From the IMG/VR virus record IMGVR_UViG_3300020049_016248: 64,000 nucleotides of DNA. One strand, 5' to 3'. The DNA comes from a virus (Duplodnaviria; Heunggongvirae; Uroviricota; Caudoviricetes). Every line of letters starts with the position of its first letter. The stretch's first letter is position 1. The notes under the pieces are model-generated. The model saw nothing but the letters and a program-made list of their open reading frames with translations. It had not been told where the DNA came from and searched no databases. A program made the translations under genes and the position numbers. Positions 25,945-33,990 of this stretch are shown here, one piece after another.

Positions 25945-26459
25945 TGATAAAACCTAAGGTACCGTCTTTTTTTAAAGTGATAGCAATATCTATTATCTTT
26001 TCTTATTTCTTTGGAAAGCTTCAAAACAAAACAATTAATGTTTTAGAGTACCCTGTAAAGAAAGAAACTAATCTTTTTATTGAAAAAGAACTTACACCTT
26101 ATTTAGATACTTTTCTTCTTGAGTCTAAGTATTATAATTATTCCCCTTCTAGAGTTTTCTACCTAGATACAATCCAATACGGTGTTTTACCTGATGGTGT
26201 TGCTGGTCAAACTTCTCTTTCAATACGAAGAGATACATTGCATGGTGTAATAACAATCAGTAGTGAGTATAGTAAAGACCTTATAAACAGTCGGCAGATA
26301 TTTTACCATGAAGTAGGGCATTGGTTAGGTTTAGAACATGAACAAAACATTATTATGATAGAAGGTTACGATTTCACTGATACTTCTTGGGTTAATATGT
26401 TTGGAAGAAACTGGGAAACTTTAACATACCAATATTTTAAATCTCTCAAAGCTCTATAA
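25944..26459 (+). CDS. membrane-anchored zinc metalloprotease (metzincin-like HExxHxxGxxH)
   Basis: FYHEVGHWLGLEHEQN, with an N-terminal hydrophobic anchor. Confidence 0.65.
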   Translation: MIKPKVPSFFKVIAISIIFSYFFGKLQNKTINVLEYPVKKETNLFIEKELTPYLDTFLLESKYYNYSPSRVFYLDTIQYGVLPDGVAGQTSLSIRRDTLHGVITISSEYSKDLINSRQIFYHEVGHWLGLEHEQNIIMIEGYDFTDTSWVNMFGRNWETLTYQYFKSLKAL

Positions 26460-26515
26460 CTTACGCTGCGCGTAGATTTCTCTTATTTTCATTTTTTTGT
26501 TATTTTTAGTAGGAA

Positions 26516-26541
26516 GTTTACTAATTTAACTGTATCTTTAG
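26516..26541 (+). promoter_or_regulatory. promoter-like motif GTTTAC-N11-TATCTTTAG (copy 4)
   Basis: Exact motif; preceded by the short palindrome tacgc-tgc-gcgta; ATG at 26579. Confidence 0.5.
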
Positions 26542-26578
26542 GTATCTTAATTAATCAAACAACCTAAACTTACAATTT

Positions 26579-27607
26579 ATGACAAAAGGTGAACAAATCG
26601 AAAACTTTTTAAAAACAAATACAATTGTTGATAAAAAATTAGCTTACGAAACGTTTATTAAAGAAACAAAAATAGAAGTTTCTTTTGCCCGTTTTGATTA
26701 TATCTGGAAAACAAAAGGAAACAATGCATCTCAAGTTATTTTAACACCTGCTATACCTCAAGTTAGAGAAAAGGTAAAACTTGTTAAAATTAGTGATATT
26801 CATTATCCAGATTCGATTTTAATTCCTTTCAAATCCAATACCCCATTAGATATTTTAGCCTCTGAACAGGGTGGAGTTCTACCAGCTACAATTACTGTAT
26901 CACCAGGTAAATCTGGTGTAGGTAAATCAACTATTTGGTTAGAACATTTAGGTAATGTTAAAAAGCAACATAAAAAAGCTCGTTTATTATTTATTTCAAC
27001 TGAGATGAATGATATCCATTTATACAAATATTCAAAACGTATTAAATTTGATGGTGTTGAGATTATGTTGTTAGGGGATTATGAAAACCCTGCTTACGCT
27101 TTAGAAGATGTTTTAAAAGAGGGTTGGGATATTATATTGTTAGATTCATTTCAAGATTGTGTTGATAAATTAGTTGCATCAGGGTTATTTCGTTCTACTC
27201 AAGCTGAATCTTGGTTGTTAACAACAATGGATAAAACAAGAAAAGGTGAAAATGATTTAAAACTTTACACTTCATTTATTTGTATTCAACATATGACAAA
27301 AGGTGGTGAGTATGCAGGGTCATCAAAATTGAAACATATGACTGATGCTATGGTAATGTTTGATTTTGATGAATTAGAAGAACCTTTTATTGAATATCAA
27401 AAGAATCGTGATGGTGCAATAAAGAAAAAACTTTACTTTAAAATTATCAATGGACAAGGTACTGTTTACAATGAACACCGTTTCCAACAAGATGAGGAAA
27501 ACAAACAGGAAGTAAGTAAAGTACGTAACCAAATATCACAAAAAAATACTGACTTCGATGATTTCTTCAATATCTCTGCACAACCTAAAGTTGAAGAAAC
27601 AGCGTAA
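26579..27607 (+). CDS. DnaB-C-terminal/RecA-superfamily P-loop ATPase
   Basis: Walker A SPGKSGVGKST, LLFISTEMN (DnaB-like SLEMs), Walker B ILLDSFQD. Confidence 0.55.
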   Translation: MTKGEQIENFLKTNTIVDKKLAYETFIKETKIEVSFARFDYIWKTKGNNASQVILTPAIPQVREKVKLVKISDIHYPDSILIPFKSNTPLDILASEQGGVLPATITVSPGKSGVGKSTIWLEHLGNVKKQHKKARLLFISTEMNDIHLYKYSKRIKFDGVEIMLLGDYENPAYALEDVLKEGWDIILLDSFQDCVDKLVASGLFRSTQAESWLLTTMDKTRKGENDLKLYTSFICIQHMTKGGEYAGSSKLKHMTDAMVMFDFDELEEPFIEYQKNRDGAIKKKLYFKIINGQGTVYNEHRFQQDEENKQEVSKVRNQISQKNTDFDDFFNISAQPKVEETA

Positions 27608-27617
27608 ATTGTTGGAA

Positions 27618-27643
27618 GTTTACAAGTTAATGCATATCTTTAG
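27618..27643 (+). promoter_or_regulatory. promoter-like motif GTTTAC-N11-TATCTTTAG (copy 5)
   Basis: Exact motif plus ATTATAAATTTAAAAC; ATG at 27670. Confidence 0.5.
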
Positions 27644-27669
27644 ATTATAAATTTAAAACATATACACCT

Positions 27670-28740
27670 ATGAAAACACAAGCTCAATTCGATTCATTCA
27701 AAACAATTTCGTTAAAAAATGAACCATTAACTCGTGAAGTATTACTTTCAGACTTACAAATTGTAAGCGAGAATGCTATTGCTTATCGCGGTAAAGAATT
27801 TAAGTGCACTGAACAGGCAATTAATGATATTGCTGACATTGTAGGTGTACCTAAAACTTTTGCTACCAGTTTTGGTAAATCATTTGGAACTGTAGGTAAA
27901 CAAAAACTTGTTGAATTACAAAAAAGTGCTCGCATTGCTAGTGGAAAAGGTATTACAGTTACTTTAGCTGCTAATAAAGTTTTCGGGATTGTGGAACGCG
28001 TTTATAAAGGAAGTCAAATTTTACCATACGCAACGTATTTTGATACATTTGAAAGATTAATGAACAGTCATAAACTTGACATTGTTGATTTCGGTCAAAC
28101 ACCAACAGGTGTATTCGTTTCAACAAAATCAGTTGAAGATGAGTTTAAAATTGGAAATTTTGGGAATGAAGTATTTCACCCAGGGTTTACATTAACGAAC
28201 AACCTTTCAAACGGTTTAGTTTTAGATTCTTATTTATATCGTTTGATTTGTACGAATGGAATGGTTGGTCAAAGTTTTGGACACTCTATTAAATACAATC
28301 CAGAGTCGATGACAGATTTCTTCAAATCTCTTATTGAATTTAAAAATTCAGGATTGATTCCTTTAGGGTTCAGAGACAAAGTAACACAAGCTATTCATAC
28401 GAAAGCATCTTATGCAGAAGTTCATTCAGCTGCAAAAATTATTACAAACAATTCTAAACTAACAATTGATTTAGTTGACCGTTTTGTTCCAGTAAATGAT
28501 ATTCGTAGAAAATTTGCATTGAAAGGAGCAGATACTGTAAAATGGAACTCTGCACAAGAAAAAAATGCAATCACTAATGTTAGTGTTTGGGATGTTGTAA
28601 ATGGTTTAACAGACTTTGCTTCTCATGATTATGGTTTTGATGTAAAAGAGTCTGACCGTTTATCAATGCAAAAACAAGCTGGTGATTTGTTAGGTAAACC
28701 AGCTTTTGATACTCAAAATTTAGTTCACGTTAGTTTATAA
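27670..28740 (+). CDS. hypothetical protein
   Basis: 356 aa. Confidence 0.5.
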   Translation: MKTQAQFDSFKTISLKNEPLTREVLLSDLQIVSENAIAYRGKEFKCTEQAINDIADIVGVPKTFATSFGKSFGTVGKQKLVELQKSARIASGKGITVTLAANKVFGIVERVYKGSQILPYATYFDTFERLMNSHKLDIVDFGQTPTGVFVSTKSVEDEFKIGNFGNEVFHPGFTLTNNLSNGLVLDSYLYRLICTNGMVGQSFGHSIKYNPESMTDFFKSLIEFKNSGLIPLGFRDKVTQAIHTKASYAEVHSAAKIITNNSKLTIDLVDRFVPVNDIRRKFALKGADTVKWNSAQEKNAITNVSVWDVVNGLTDFASHDYGFDVKESDRLSMQKQAGDLLGKPAFDTQNLVHVSL

Positions 28741-28743
28741 AAT

Positions 28744-29055
28744 ATGCTAAAACAAGTTTTTTTAAAAGCACAAATAGTTAAAGGGGAGTTAGTACTAACT
28801 CCCCTTAATTATCAAGGGTTAGTTAACGACTGTAAAGTCAAAACAACTAAACAGTTAACATTAGGTAAGTACTATCAAGCTGATTTAGTATTGGTAAATA
28901 AAGAATTCATTGTAGATGAAAAAACTTTATCTGAATTATCAAGTGCTCCTATGAAAGGATTTGTTTACGGTAAAACAGATAAACTGCAAAAAGCTCTGAA
29001 GGAGAACAAAGTTATCTTAGGGAGAAGTAACGATAATTATTTAATTCAACTATAA
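28744..29055 (+). CDS. hypothetical protein
   Basis: 103 aa. Confidence 0.45.
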   Translation: MLKQVFLKAQIVKGELVLTPLNYQGLVNDCKVKTTKQLTLGKYYQADLVLVNKEFIVDEKTLSELSSAPMKGFVYGKTDKLQKALKENKVILGRSNDNYLIQL

Positions 29056-29341
29056 TAAGAAAAGTAACTAACCTAGTTAAACAAATAAATTAAATAAAAA
29101 GTTGGTTCTAAACAAATAAGTTTCCAAATTTAGGTCATATTTAAAAGATGTATTAACAGAATTAAGATTACTAACAGCAATTTTATTTTATTCGGAAAAA
29201 AAAAAGATAGTAATCTGTAATATAAAACAACAATGAAAAATATTAATAAATATAACGGCAATTATTTTAGAGGGTTTAAAAACCTTTCTACCGCCAAGGT
29301 ATTTGTTAATTAACAAAACATAAGTTGTTTTAACATTTAAA

Positions 29342-29372
29342 AACCTTGGTAGAAATATCAAGGTTTTTTTAT
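29342..29372 (+). terminator. rho-independent terminator (aaccttg ... caaggtt + T7) upstream of the tRNA cluster
   Basis: 7-bp stem with a 10-nt loop, followed by seven T. Confidence 0.6.
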
Positions 29373-29379
29373 TTTTAAT

Positions 29380-29451
29380 GCGTTCTTAGCTGAGGTGGTT
29401 TAGCATTTGGTTGAAGCCCAAAAGACACTGGTTCGACTCCAGTAGATCGCA
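29380..29451 (+). tRNA. tRNA-Phe (anticodon GAA)
   Basis: Hand-folded cloverleaf: acceptor gcgttct/agatcgc (one T-T mismatch), D-arm gctg-aggtggtt-tagc, anticodon arm tttgg-ttGAAgc-ccaaa, T-arm actgg-ttcgact-ccagt. Confidence 0.6.
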
Positions 29452-29457
29452 CAATAT

Positions 29458-29531
29458 GATTCTGTAGCTCAGTTGAATAGAGCAATTGCCTTCTAAGCAA
29501 TAGGTCAAAGGTTTGAATCCTTTCAGAATCA
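29458..29531 (+). tRNA. tRNA-Arg (anticodon TCT)
   Basis: Acceptor gattctg/cagaatc perfect; D-arm gctc-agttgaata-gagc; anticodon arm attgc-ctTCTaa-gcaat; T-arm aaagg-tttgaat-ccttt. Confidence 0.8.
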
Positions 29532-29543
29532 CTTAAAATAAAT

Positions 29544-29625
29544 GCCGACGCGCTAACGTTGGAGGGTTAGGACAGTCTGTAAAACTGTTACATAAGTCTA
29601 GTAGGTTCGAATCCTATCGGCGGCA
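29544..29625 (+). tRNA. tRNA-Tyr (anticodon GTA), class II with long variable arm
   Basis: Acceptor gccgacg/cggcggc (one mismatch); anticodon arm acagt-ctGTAaa-actgt; 12-nt variable region; T-arm gtagg-ttcgaat-cctat. Confidence 0.65.
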
Positions 29626-29707
29626 CTAGCAGAACACAACTGCTGAAACAAATAGGTGATTCAGTTATCGGTGAGCAAGTCTGAACTAAAACAAAATGTT
29701 GCTTAAT

Positions 29708-29784
29708 GGACATATAGCTCAGCTGGTAGTAGCAAATGATTGTTAATCATTAGGTCGTAGGTTCGAACCCTACTATGTCCGCCA
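29708..29784 (+). tRNA. tRNA-Asn (anticodon GTT), CCA encoded
   Basis: Acceptor ggacata/tatgtcc perfect; anticodon arm aatga-ttGTTaa-tcatt; T-arm gtagg-ttcgaac-cctac; followed by gcca. Confidence 0.8.
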
Positions 29785-29793
29785 AGTAAACAA

Positions 29794-29879
29794 GCGAGTG
29801 TCGCATAGAGCCCGATTGCACCTGACTTCCAATCAGGAAAGATAAAATCACAACGCAGGTTGAAATCCTGTCGCTCGCT
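29794..29879 (+). tRNA. atypical tRNA-like gene (anticodon loop reads TCC = Gly, but 17-nt variable region, 3-bp D-stem and non-canonical T-loop ttgaaat)
   Basis: Acceptor gcgagtg/cgctcgc with a G-U pair; anticodon arm cctga-ctTCCaa-tcagg; unusual for a Gly tRNA. Possibly a pseudo-tRNA or non-canonical tRNA. Confidence 0.35.
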
Positions 29880-29923
29880 CTCAGCCAGTTGTTAAATCTG
29901 GTGAAAATTAAAACTTAACAAAC

Positions 29924-29996
29924 GCAAAAATAGCTCAATTGGTAGAGCGTTGCCTTGCCAAGGCAAAGGTTGTGAGTTCGAGACTCATTTTTTGCT
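29924..29996 (+). tRNA. tRNA-Gly (anticodon GCC)
   Basis: Acceptor gcaaaaa/tttttgc perfect; D-arm gctc-aattggtag-agc; anticodon arm ttgcc-ttGCCaa-ggcaa; T-arm gtgag-ttcgaga-ctcat. Confidence 0.75.
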
Positions 29997-29997
29997 C

Positions 29998-30114
29998 TGT
30001 GATATAGCTCAGCTGGCAGAGCGGCCCCGTGTAAAGGGGAAGGTCGTGGAATAAGTGAAAACTTGTTGCTTCTATATACGTATAGAATTGGGTGTTCGAA
30101 TCCCACTGTCACAA
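29998..30114 (+). pseudogene. tRNA-like gene interrupted by a ~45-nt insertion carrying a palindrome (ttctatatacgtatagaa) between the variable region and the T-loop; anticodon loop reads GTA
   Basis: Canonical 5' half tgtgata-ta-gctcagctggcagagc-g-gcccc-gtGTAaa-gggga-aggtc. Canonical 3' end ttcgaatcccac-tgtcaca pairs with the 5' acceptor including a G-U. The T-stem 5' strand is displaced by the inserted sequence. Confidence 0.4.
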
Positions 30115-30129
30115 CTAAAAAATAAAATT

Positions 30130-30324
30130 ATGTGGTCTGAAGATCAAGTGAAAGAATTCGTTCACAAGAGAGTTAAAGAGTTGTCAACAAACCCTTCTGC
30201 AATTGCTTTAGGGTCTTATTACAAAGGTTGTGATTGGCGCTTTGATAAGTTAAGAGCTTTTTGTGAACAGGAAGTAAAAAATTATACGCAAGAACTATTA
30301 AGAAAGAAACAACAAAAAACATGA
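30130..30324 (+). CDS. hypothetical protein (start adjusted to the first ATG after the tRNA-like gene)
   Basis: MWSEDQVKEF...; the ORF-track start at 30055 lies inside the tRNA-like sequence. Confidence 0.4.
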   Translation: MWSEDQVKEFVHKRVKELSTNPSAIALGSYYKGCDWRFDKLRAFCEQEVKNYTQELLRKKQQKT

Positions 30325-30542
30325 GTAACGTTTATAGTAAATTAGATAGGTTAAATCAATTGGAAGATGAAAATATAAAAAGTTTTGTTAAATTAGCAAG
30401 ACGTGTTTTAAAAACTAAAAATCCAAGTAGAGATGTGCCTGAATATTTTCAGAAAGATAAAAAAGTAAAAAAAGAAATTAAAAAAATGAGAACAAAAGCA
30501 ATAATAAAGAAATCTAAGAAACCTGACGAACAGGGCACTTAA
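30321..30542 (+). CDS. small basic hypothetical protein
   Basis: 73 aa, K-rich, overlaps the previous stop. Confidence 0.4.
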   Translation: MSNVYSKLDRLNQLEDENIKSFVKLARRVLKTKNPSRDVPEYFQKDKKVKKEIKKMRTKAIIKKSKKPDEQGT

Positions 30543-30567
30543 CTATTGTTTAAATTCTAAACGAATA

Positions 30568-30602
30568 ACCCAAGTGTCTTAGTTGATAACTTGGGTTTTC
30601 TT
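30568..30602 (+). terminator. rho-independent terminator (acccaagt ... acttgggt + TTTT)
   Basis: 8-bp perfect stem with a 13-nt loop, followed by ttttctt. Confidence 0.6.
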
Positions 30603-30704
30603 ATGCTTCTATGGCGAGAAGGGCGCGCAATATACTTTTTATCAAAGGGAATATTTCTAACTTGAACTATATTTAATAGAAAACAACTTAAACGTAGTTC
30701 GATA

Positions 30705-31316
30705 ATGAAATGTCAAAGTGTAAAATGTGAAAAAGAGCATGATGGTAAATATGGGAGCGGGAAATATTGCTCAAGACAATGTGCTAATAGTAGAACTTGG
30801 TCAGAGGAAGATAAGTTAAAAAAATCCAATTCTGCTAAAAATAGCAAAAAAGTTTTAACTCGAAGTTGTGAATGTTTATATAAATTAAAAGCTGCAGCGT
30901 TAAAAAAAAGTGAAAAAGCAAAGGAGGAAATTTTAATAGCGAATTGGGAAGATCTATCTTTTGAACGATTAAGAAAAAGAGTTATTTGGGAACAAAACGA
31001 ATGTTGTGCAACTTGTGGGATAAGTGAGTGGAGAGGAAAAAAAATTTCACTAGAATTAGAACATAAAGATGGAAACCATTCGAATAACGCAAAGGAAAAC
31101 TTAGAAGCATTATGTCCAAACTGTCATAGTTTAACAACTACTTGGAGAGGGAGAAATAAATCAAGAAAAGTAAAAAAAATCTCAGATGAAGATCTATTAA
31201 TATCTTTAATTGAAAACAATTGGAATATGAGACAAGCTTTACTTAATCTTAATTTAGCTGCAAAAGGAAGTAATTATAAAAGATGTCATAGGGTAAAAAG
31301 AATGATAGATTCTTAA
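30705..31316 (+). CDS. HNH homing endonuclease inserted in the tRNA region
   Basis: N-terminal CxxC zinc finger; C-terminal LELEHKDGNHSNNAKENLEALCPNCH is an HNH motif. Confidence 0.75.
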   Translation: MKCQSVKCEKEHDGKYGSGKYCSRQCANSRTWSEEDKLKKSNSAKNSKKVLTRSCECLYKLKAAALKKSEKAKEEILIANWEDLSFERLRKRVIWEQNECCATCGISEWRGKKISLELEHKDGNHSNNAKENLEALCPNCHSLTTTWRGRNKSRKVKKISDEDLLISLIENNWNMRQALLNLNLAAKGSNYKRCHRVKRMIDS

Positions 31317-31326
31317 TAAAACACAT

Positions 31327-31355
31327 GGGTGATGGTTCGATTCCATCTAGGAGCA
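31327..31355 (+). pseudogene. orphan tRNA 3' fragment (T-arm gatgg-ttcgatt-ccatc + acceptor 3' strand taggagc + a)
   Basis: Perfect T-arm and 7-nt acceptor strand 11 nt after the HNH stop codon. No matching 5' half was found within 160 bp upstream of the HNH gene. Confidence 0.5.
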
Positions 31356-31434
31356 CTCAGGTTTGAACTTTGATTATTTGAGCATTGACAAGGTCAATTA
31401 GACCTAACAAGATAGCTGAGTAAATAATCATTAT

Positions 31435-31507
31435 GACCTCGTAGCTCAATTGGCGGAGCACTATACTTTTAATATAGGGGTTATGGGTTCAAGTCCCATC
31501 GGGGTCA
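31435..31507 (+). tRNA. tRNA-Lys (anticodon TTT)
   Basis: Acceptor gacctcg/cggggtc with one G-U; D-arm gctc-aattggcgg-agc; anticodon arm ctata-ctTTTaa-tatag; T-arm atggg-ttcaagt-cccat. Confidence 0.8.
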
Positions 31508-31561
31508 CAATTATTTTTATTTCTTACCTAGGGTTATATTCCTATAACTTATGGGTTTTTA

Positions 31562-31587
31562 GTTTACTTATTAAGTGCTATCTTTAG
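31562..31587 (+). promoter_or_regulatory. promoter-like motif GTTTAC-N11-TATCTTTAG (copy 6)
   Basis: Exact motif; ATG at 31607. Confidence 0.5.
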
Positions 31588-31606
31588 TTATAAGAAAATT
31601 GAAAAC

Positions 31607-31873
31607 ATGTCGAGTTCAGAACAACTTATCACCGCTTTGAAGAGTAATAAAATTTTAGTTAAAACTCATTTTGAGTTTGAATCAGAATTTTTGTTTTTAG
31701 ACCATGGTGTTATAGAAAAAAGAGGTTGGAATACAGCATATGGTGTCGTTGGTGACAGATTAGCTGACATTGTTCTACATCCTGAAAATTGGCGTATACA
31801 TGAAAGAACTTTAACTGATGGTTATCCTTACCCATGGTCAGCAACTTACAAAACCCCAAAGTCACAAGCTTAG
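31607..31873 (+). CDS. hypothetical protein
   Basis: 88 aa. Confidence 0.45.
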   Translation: MSSSEQLITALKSNKILVKTHFEFESEFLFLDHGVIEKRGWNTAYGVVGDRLADIVLHPENWRIHERTLTDGYPYPWSATYKTPKSQA

Positions 31874-31881
31874 TCTTTATA

Positions 31882-32214
31882 ATGCAAATTCGAGTCTTCA
31901 AAGATGAAGACCGCACTAGGGCTTTACTTGATTTTTTATTTAGTAAAGGGGTAACATGGAACTCTGGTTCAAAAGCTTATCATTACGAAGCTGAATATTA
32001 TAATTTGAAAATAGCGTGGTTACCATTACAGCAATGGAGAACAACTTTATCTTTTAGTGAGAGTGCTTCAAGTTATTGTGAAAGTATAGAGTTTTCACTT
32101 CAAACTCCAGAAGTTACTTTTGAAATTATAGATAAATTTCTTGAAGATAATTATAACATAATTTGGTTACAAACTATAATTCAACAAACTGACGAAGAAC
32201 TAACACAATCTTAA
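31882..32214 (+). CDS. hypothetical protein (start adjusted to avoid a 40-nt overlap)
   Basis: In-frame ATG at 31882 (MQIRVFKDED). Confidence 0.4.
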   Translation: MQIRVFKDEDRTRALLDFLFSKGVTWNSGSKAYHYEAEYYNLKIAWLPLQQWRTTLSFSESASSYCESIEFSLQTPEVTFEIIDKFLEDNYNIIWLQTIIQQTDEELTQS

Positions 32215-32215
32215 T

Positions 32216-33442
32216 ATGAAATCACAACTTTTTATCCCTAAAAAATGTAAAGTAGGTTTTAACCTACGCCAAGATACTTACACTGGTAAGTTAGGTTATA
32301 TCATTATGCATGATGGTAAAGTATGGAGAAAAGAAAATTCTTGGGAAGGGTGGAGAGAAAAAGAAGCTACTGAAGAATTAAAAAATAAATATTTAGAAAA
32401 TTACGAGTTACAATATCATAAAAGAAACCCTGAGCATTACCCTGTTATTACTTCATTTGAAGAATTACCTCGTTGGTGTAAAGGTAAAATTGCTGAAGGT
32501 GTAGTTCCGATAGAATTTGATAATACTCCTACAGAAGGTTTTGTTTTAAATAGAAAAGCTGGTGGAGAGAATTGGGGTTGGAATCCAAGACAAACTTATT
32601 GTAGAGTTTATGACCCAAGAGGTTTTGAGTTTGAAATCACAATTCAAAATTTACTTTTCATTTTACAAGAAACAAACTCTATTAAAGGAAAAGGACTTGA
32701 AGGTCAATTCGTTTATTCTTGGGATAAAAAAGATCTTGTTTTATTACCAGTAGGTTGTCAAGAGTATAAATCATCTTCTGGATTTACTTCTTTGCAAGAT
32801 AAAAAAATTGAATTGAAAACCCTTATTGAAGGAGCAGTTTACAAAACAAAAAAAGAAGAATCAGTTATTTATTTAGGTAAATTTGATTGGTGGGAATGGA
32901 AACGTATAACGACAAACACATCAACTAAAGGTTTATTTTCTCATCACTTCTCTGAAACTTTCTCAACTAGAGATAAGAAAAAGAAATTAATTTTCTTCGA
33001 CTTAAAAGCAAACACATTTGTTTCTTACGATAAAGTAGACAAGTTAGCAGAATGTATTAACGATACACCAGTTTCTAATTATGCTGAATTAGTAAGTAAT
33101 TACTTGAAGAGCAAACATGGAATGGTTATTGAAGAGTTAGTTGTAGAACCTTTGAAAGAACCTTTGAAAATAGGTTCTTATAATCAAGTTGCTTTAAAGA
33201 AAGGTGAAGACTTGTTTTGGGGTTATTTACATACTCATTATGGTCTAAATTCAAGTGGGTGTTACCAAGCTTCCTTATCAACTAAAGTTATCTTAGAAAA
33301 AAATAAAATTATACAAAGAGAAAACTATAACGAAATTGTTACTGTTCCTAAAGATGAATTAGAAACTTCAGCTGGTAAGTTTGTTACAATTGTTGCAGTA
33401 AACAGTCAAGGTGAAAGATACATTTTCAACGAATTACGTTAA
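32216..33442 (+). CDS. hypothetical protein, paralog A of a two-member family (with 33991..35226)
   Basis: Shares the N-terminal motif KVGF..R.DTYTGKLGY.I....KVWRKE.SW.GWR and the central CRVYD.RGFEFEITI.NL.FIL with paralog B. Confidence 0.55.
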   Translation: MKSQLFIPKKCKVGFNLRQDTYTGKLGYIIMHDGKVWRKENSWEGWREKEATEELKNKYLENYELQYHKRNPEHYPVITSFEELPRWCKGKIAEGVVPIEFDNTPTEGFVLNRKAGGENWGWNPRQTYCRVYDPRGFEFEITIQNLLFILQETNSIKGKGLEGQFVYSWDKKDLVLLPVGCQEYKSSSGFTSLQDKKIELKTLIEGAVYKTKKEESVIYLGKFDWWEWKRITTNTSTKGLFSHHFSETFSTRDKKKKLIFFDLKANTFVSYDKVDKLAECINDTPVSNYAELVSNYLKSKHGMVIEELVVEPLKEPLKIGSYNQVALKKGEDLFWGYLHTHYGLNSSGCYQASLSTKVILEKNKIIQRENYNEIVTVPKDELETSAGKFVTIVAVNSQGERYIFNELR

Positions 33443-33445
33443 GAC

Positions 33446-33985
33446 ATGTTAAGTAAGACAAAAAACTGGTGGCAAGAGTGCTTGAAGGACTCAGAAAAAT
33501 TAGAAATGTGGCTTGTTTCATTATACAATAATGAAAAAGATGCTGAAGAAAGATTTCGAGACTTTGCAGCAAAATATTGTCAAGAAGATGAAGAAGCTTT
33601 GATAACGTTTCTTACATTAGCAGAACAAGAACACAAACATGCACAGTTAGTAGAATTGATTCTAATCAATAGAGGTTTAACTAAGTATAAAAAATCTTCT
33701 AAAGACGGTAGATATTGGCGAAATACATTACCTTGCATCAATGACAAACAAACTGCAGCAGCAATTGGAGCATTTGCAGAAAGTTTATCTTTAAAACGTA
33801 TGAGAGTTATCATCAAAGACCCTAATACTCCAAAAGATTTAGTTGCTCTTTTTGAAGTAATAGAACCAGAAGAAGCTTATCATGCTAAAGCTTTAACTGC
33901 AATAGCTACTAAACATGGTATGAGTAAAGTGAAAGATTGTCACGATAAAGGTTTAGAAGAACTTGGATTAAAAATAAAAAAATAA
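33446..33985 (+). CDS. ferritin-like (diiron-carboxylate fold) protein
   Basis: Two E..H pairs on predicted helices (LAEQEHKHAQL and EPEEAYHAKAL). Confidence 0.4.
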   Translation: MLSKTKNWWQECLKDSEKLEMWLVSLYNNEKDAEERFRDFAAKYCQEDEEALITFLTLAEQEHKHAQLVELILINRGLTKYKKSSKDGRYWRNTLPCINDKQTAAAIGAFAESLSLKRMRVIIKDPNTPKDLVALFEVIEPEEAYHAKALTAIATKHGMSKVKDCHDKGLEELGLKIKK

Positions 33986-33990
33986 AAAAT

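Noticed and set aside
29626-29707. 82-nt spacer between tRNA-Tyr and tRNA-Asn examined for a tRNA
   Set aside because: No acceptor/T-arm pairing could be built on either strand.
29915-30112. Minus-strand 65-aa ORF across the tRNA-Gly and tRNA-like genes
   Set aside because: Overlaps confidently folded tRNA genes. Artefact of the ORF finder.
31356-31434. Spacer between the orphan tRNA fragment and tRNA-Lys examined for a further tRNA
   Set aside because: No cloverleaf could be folded.
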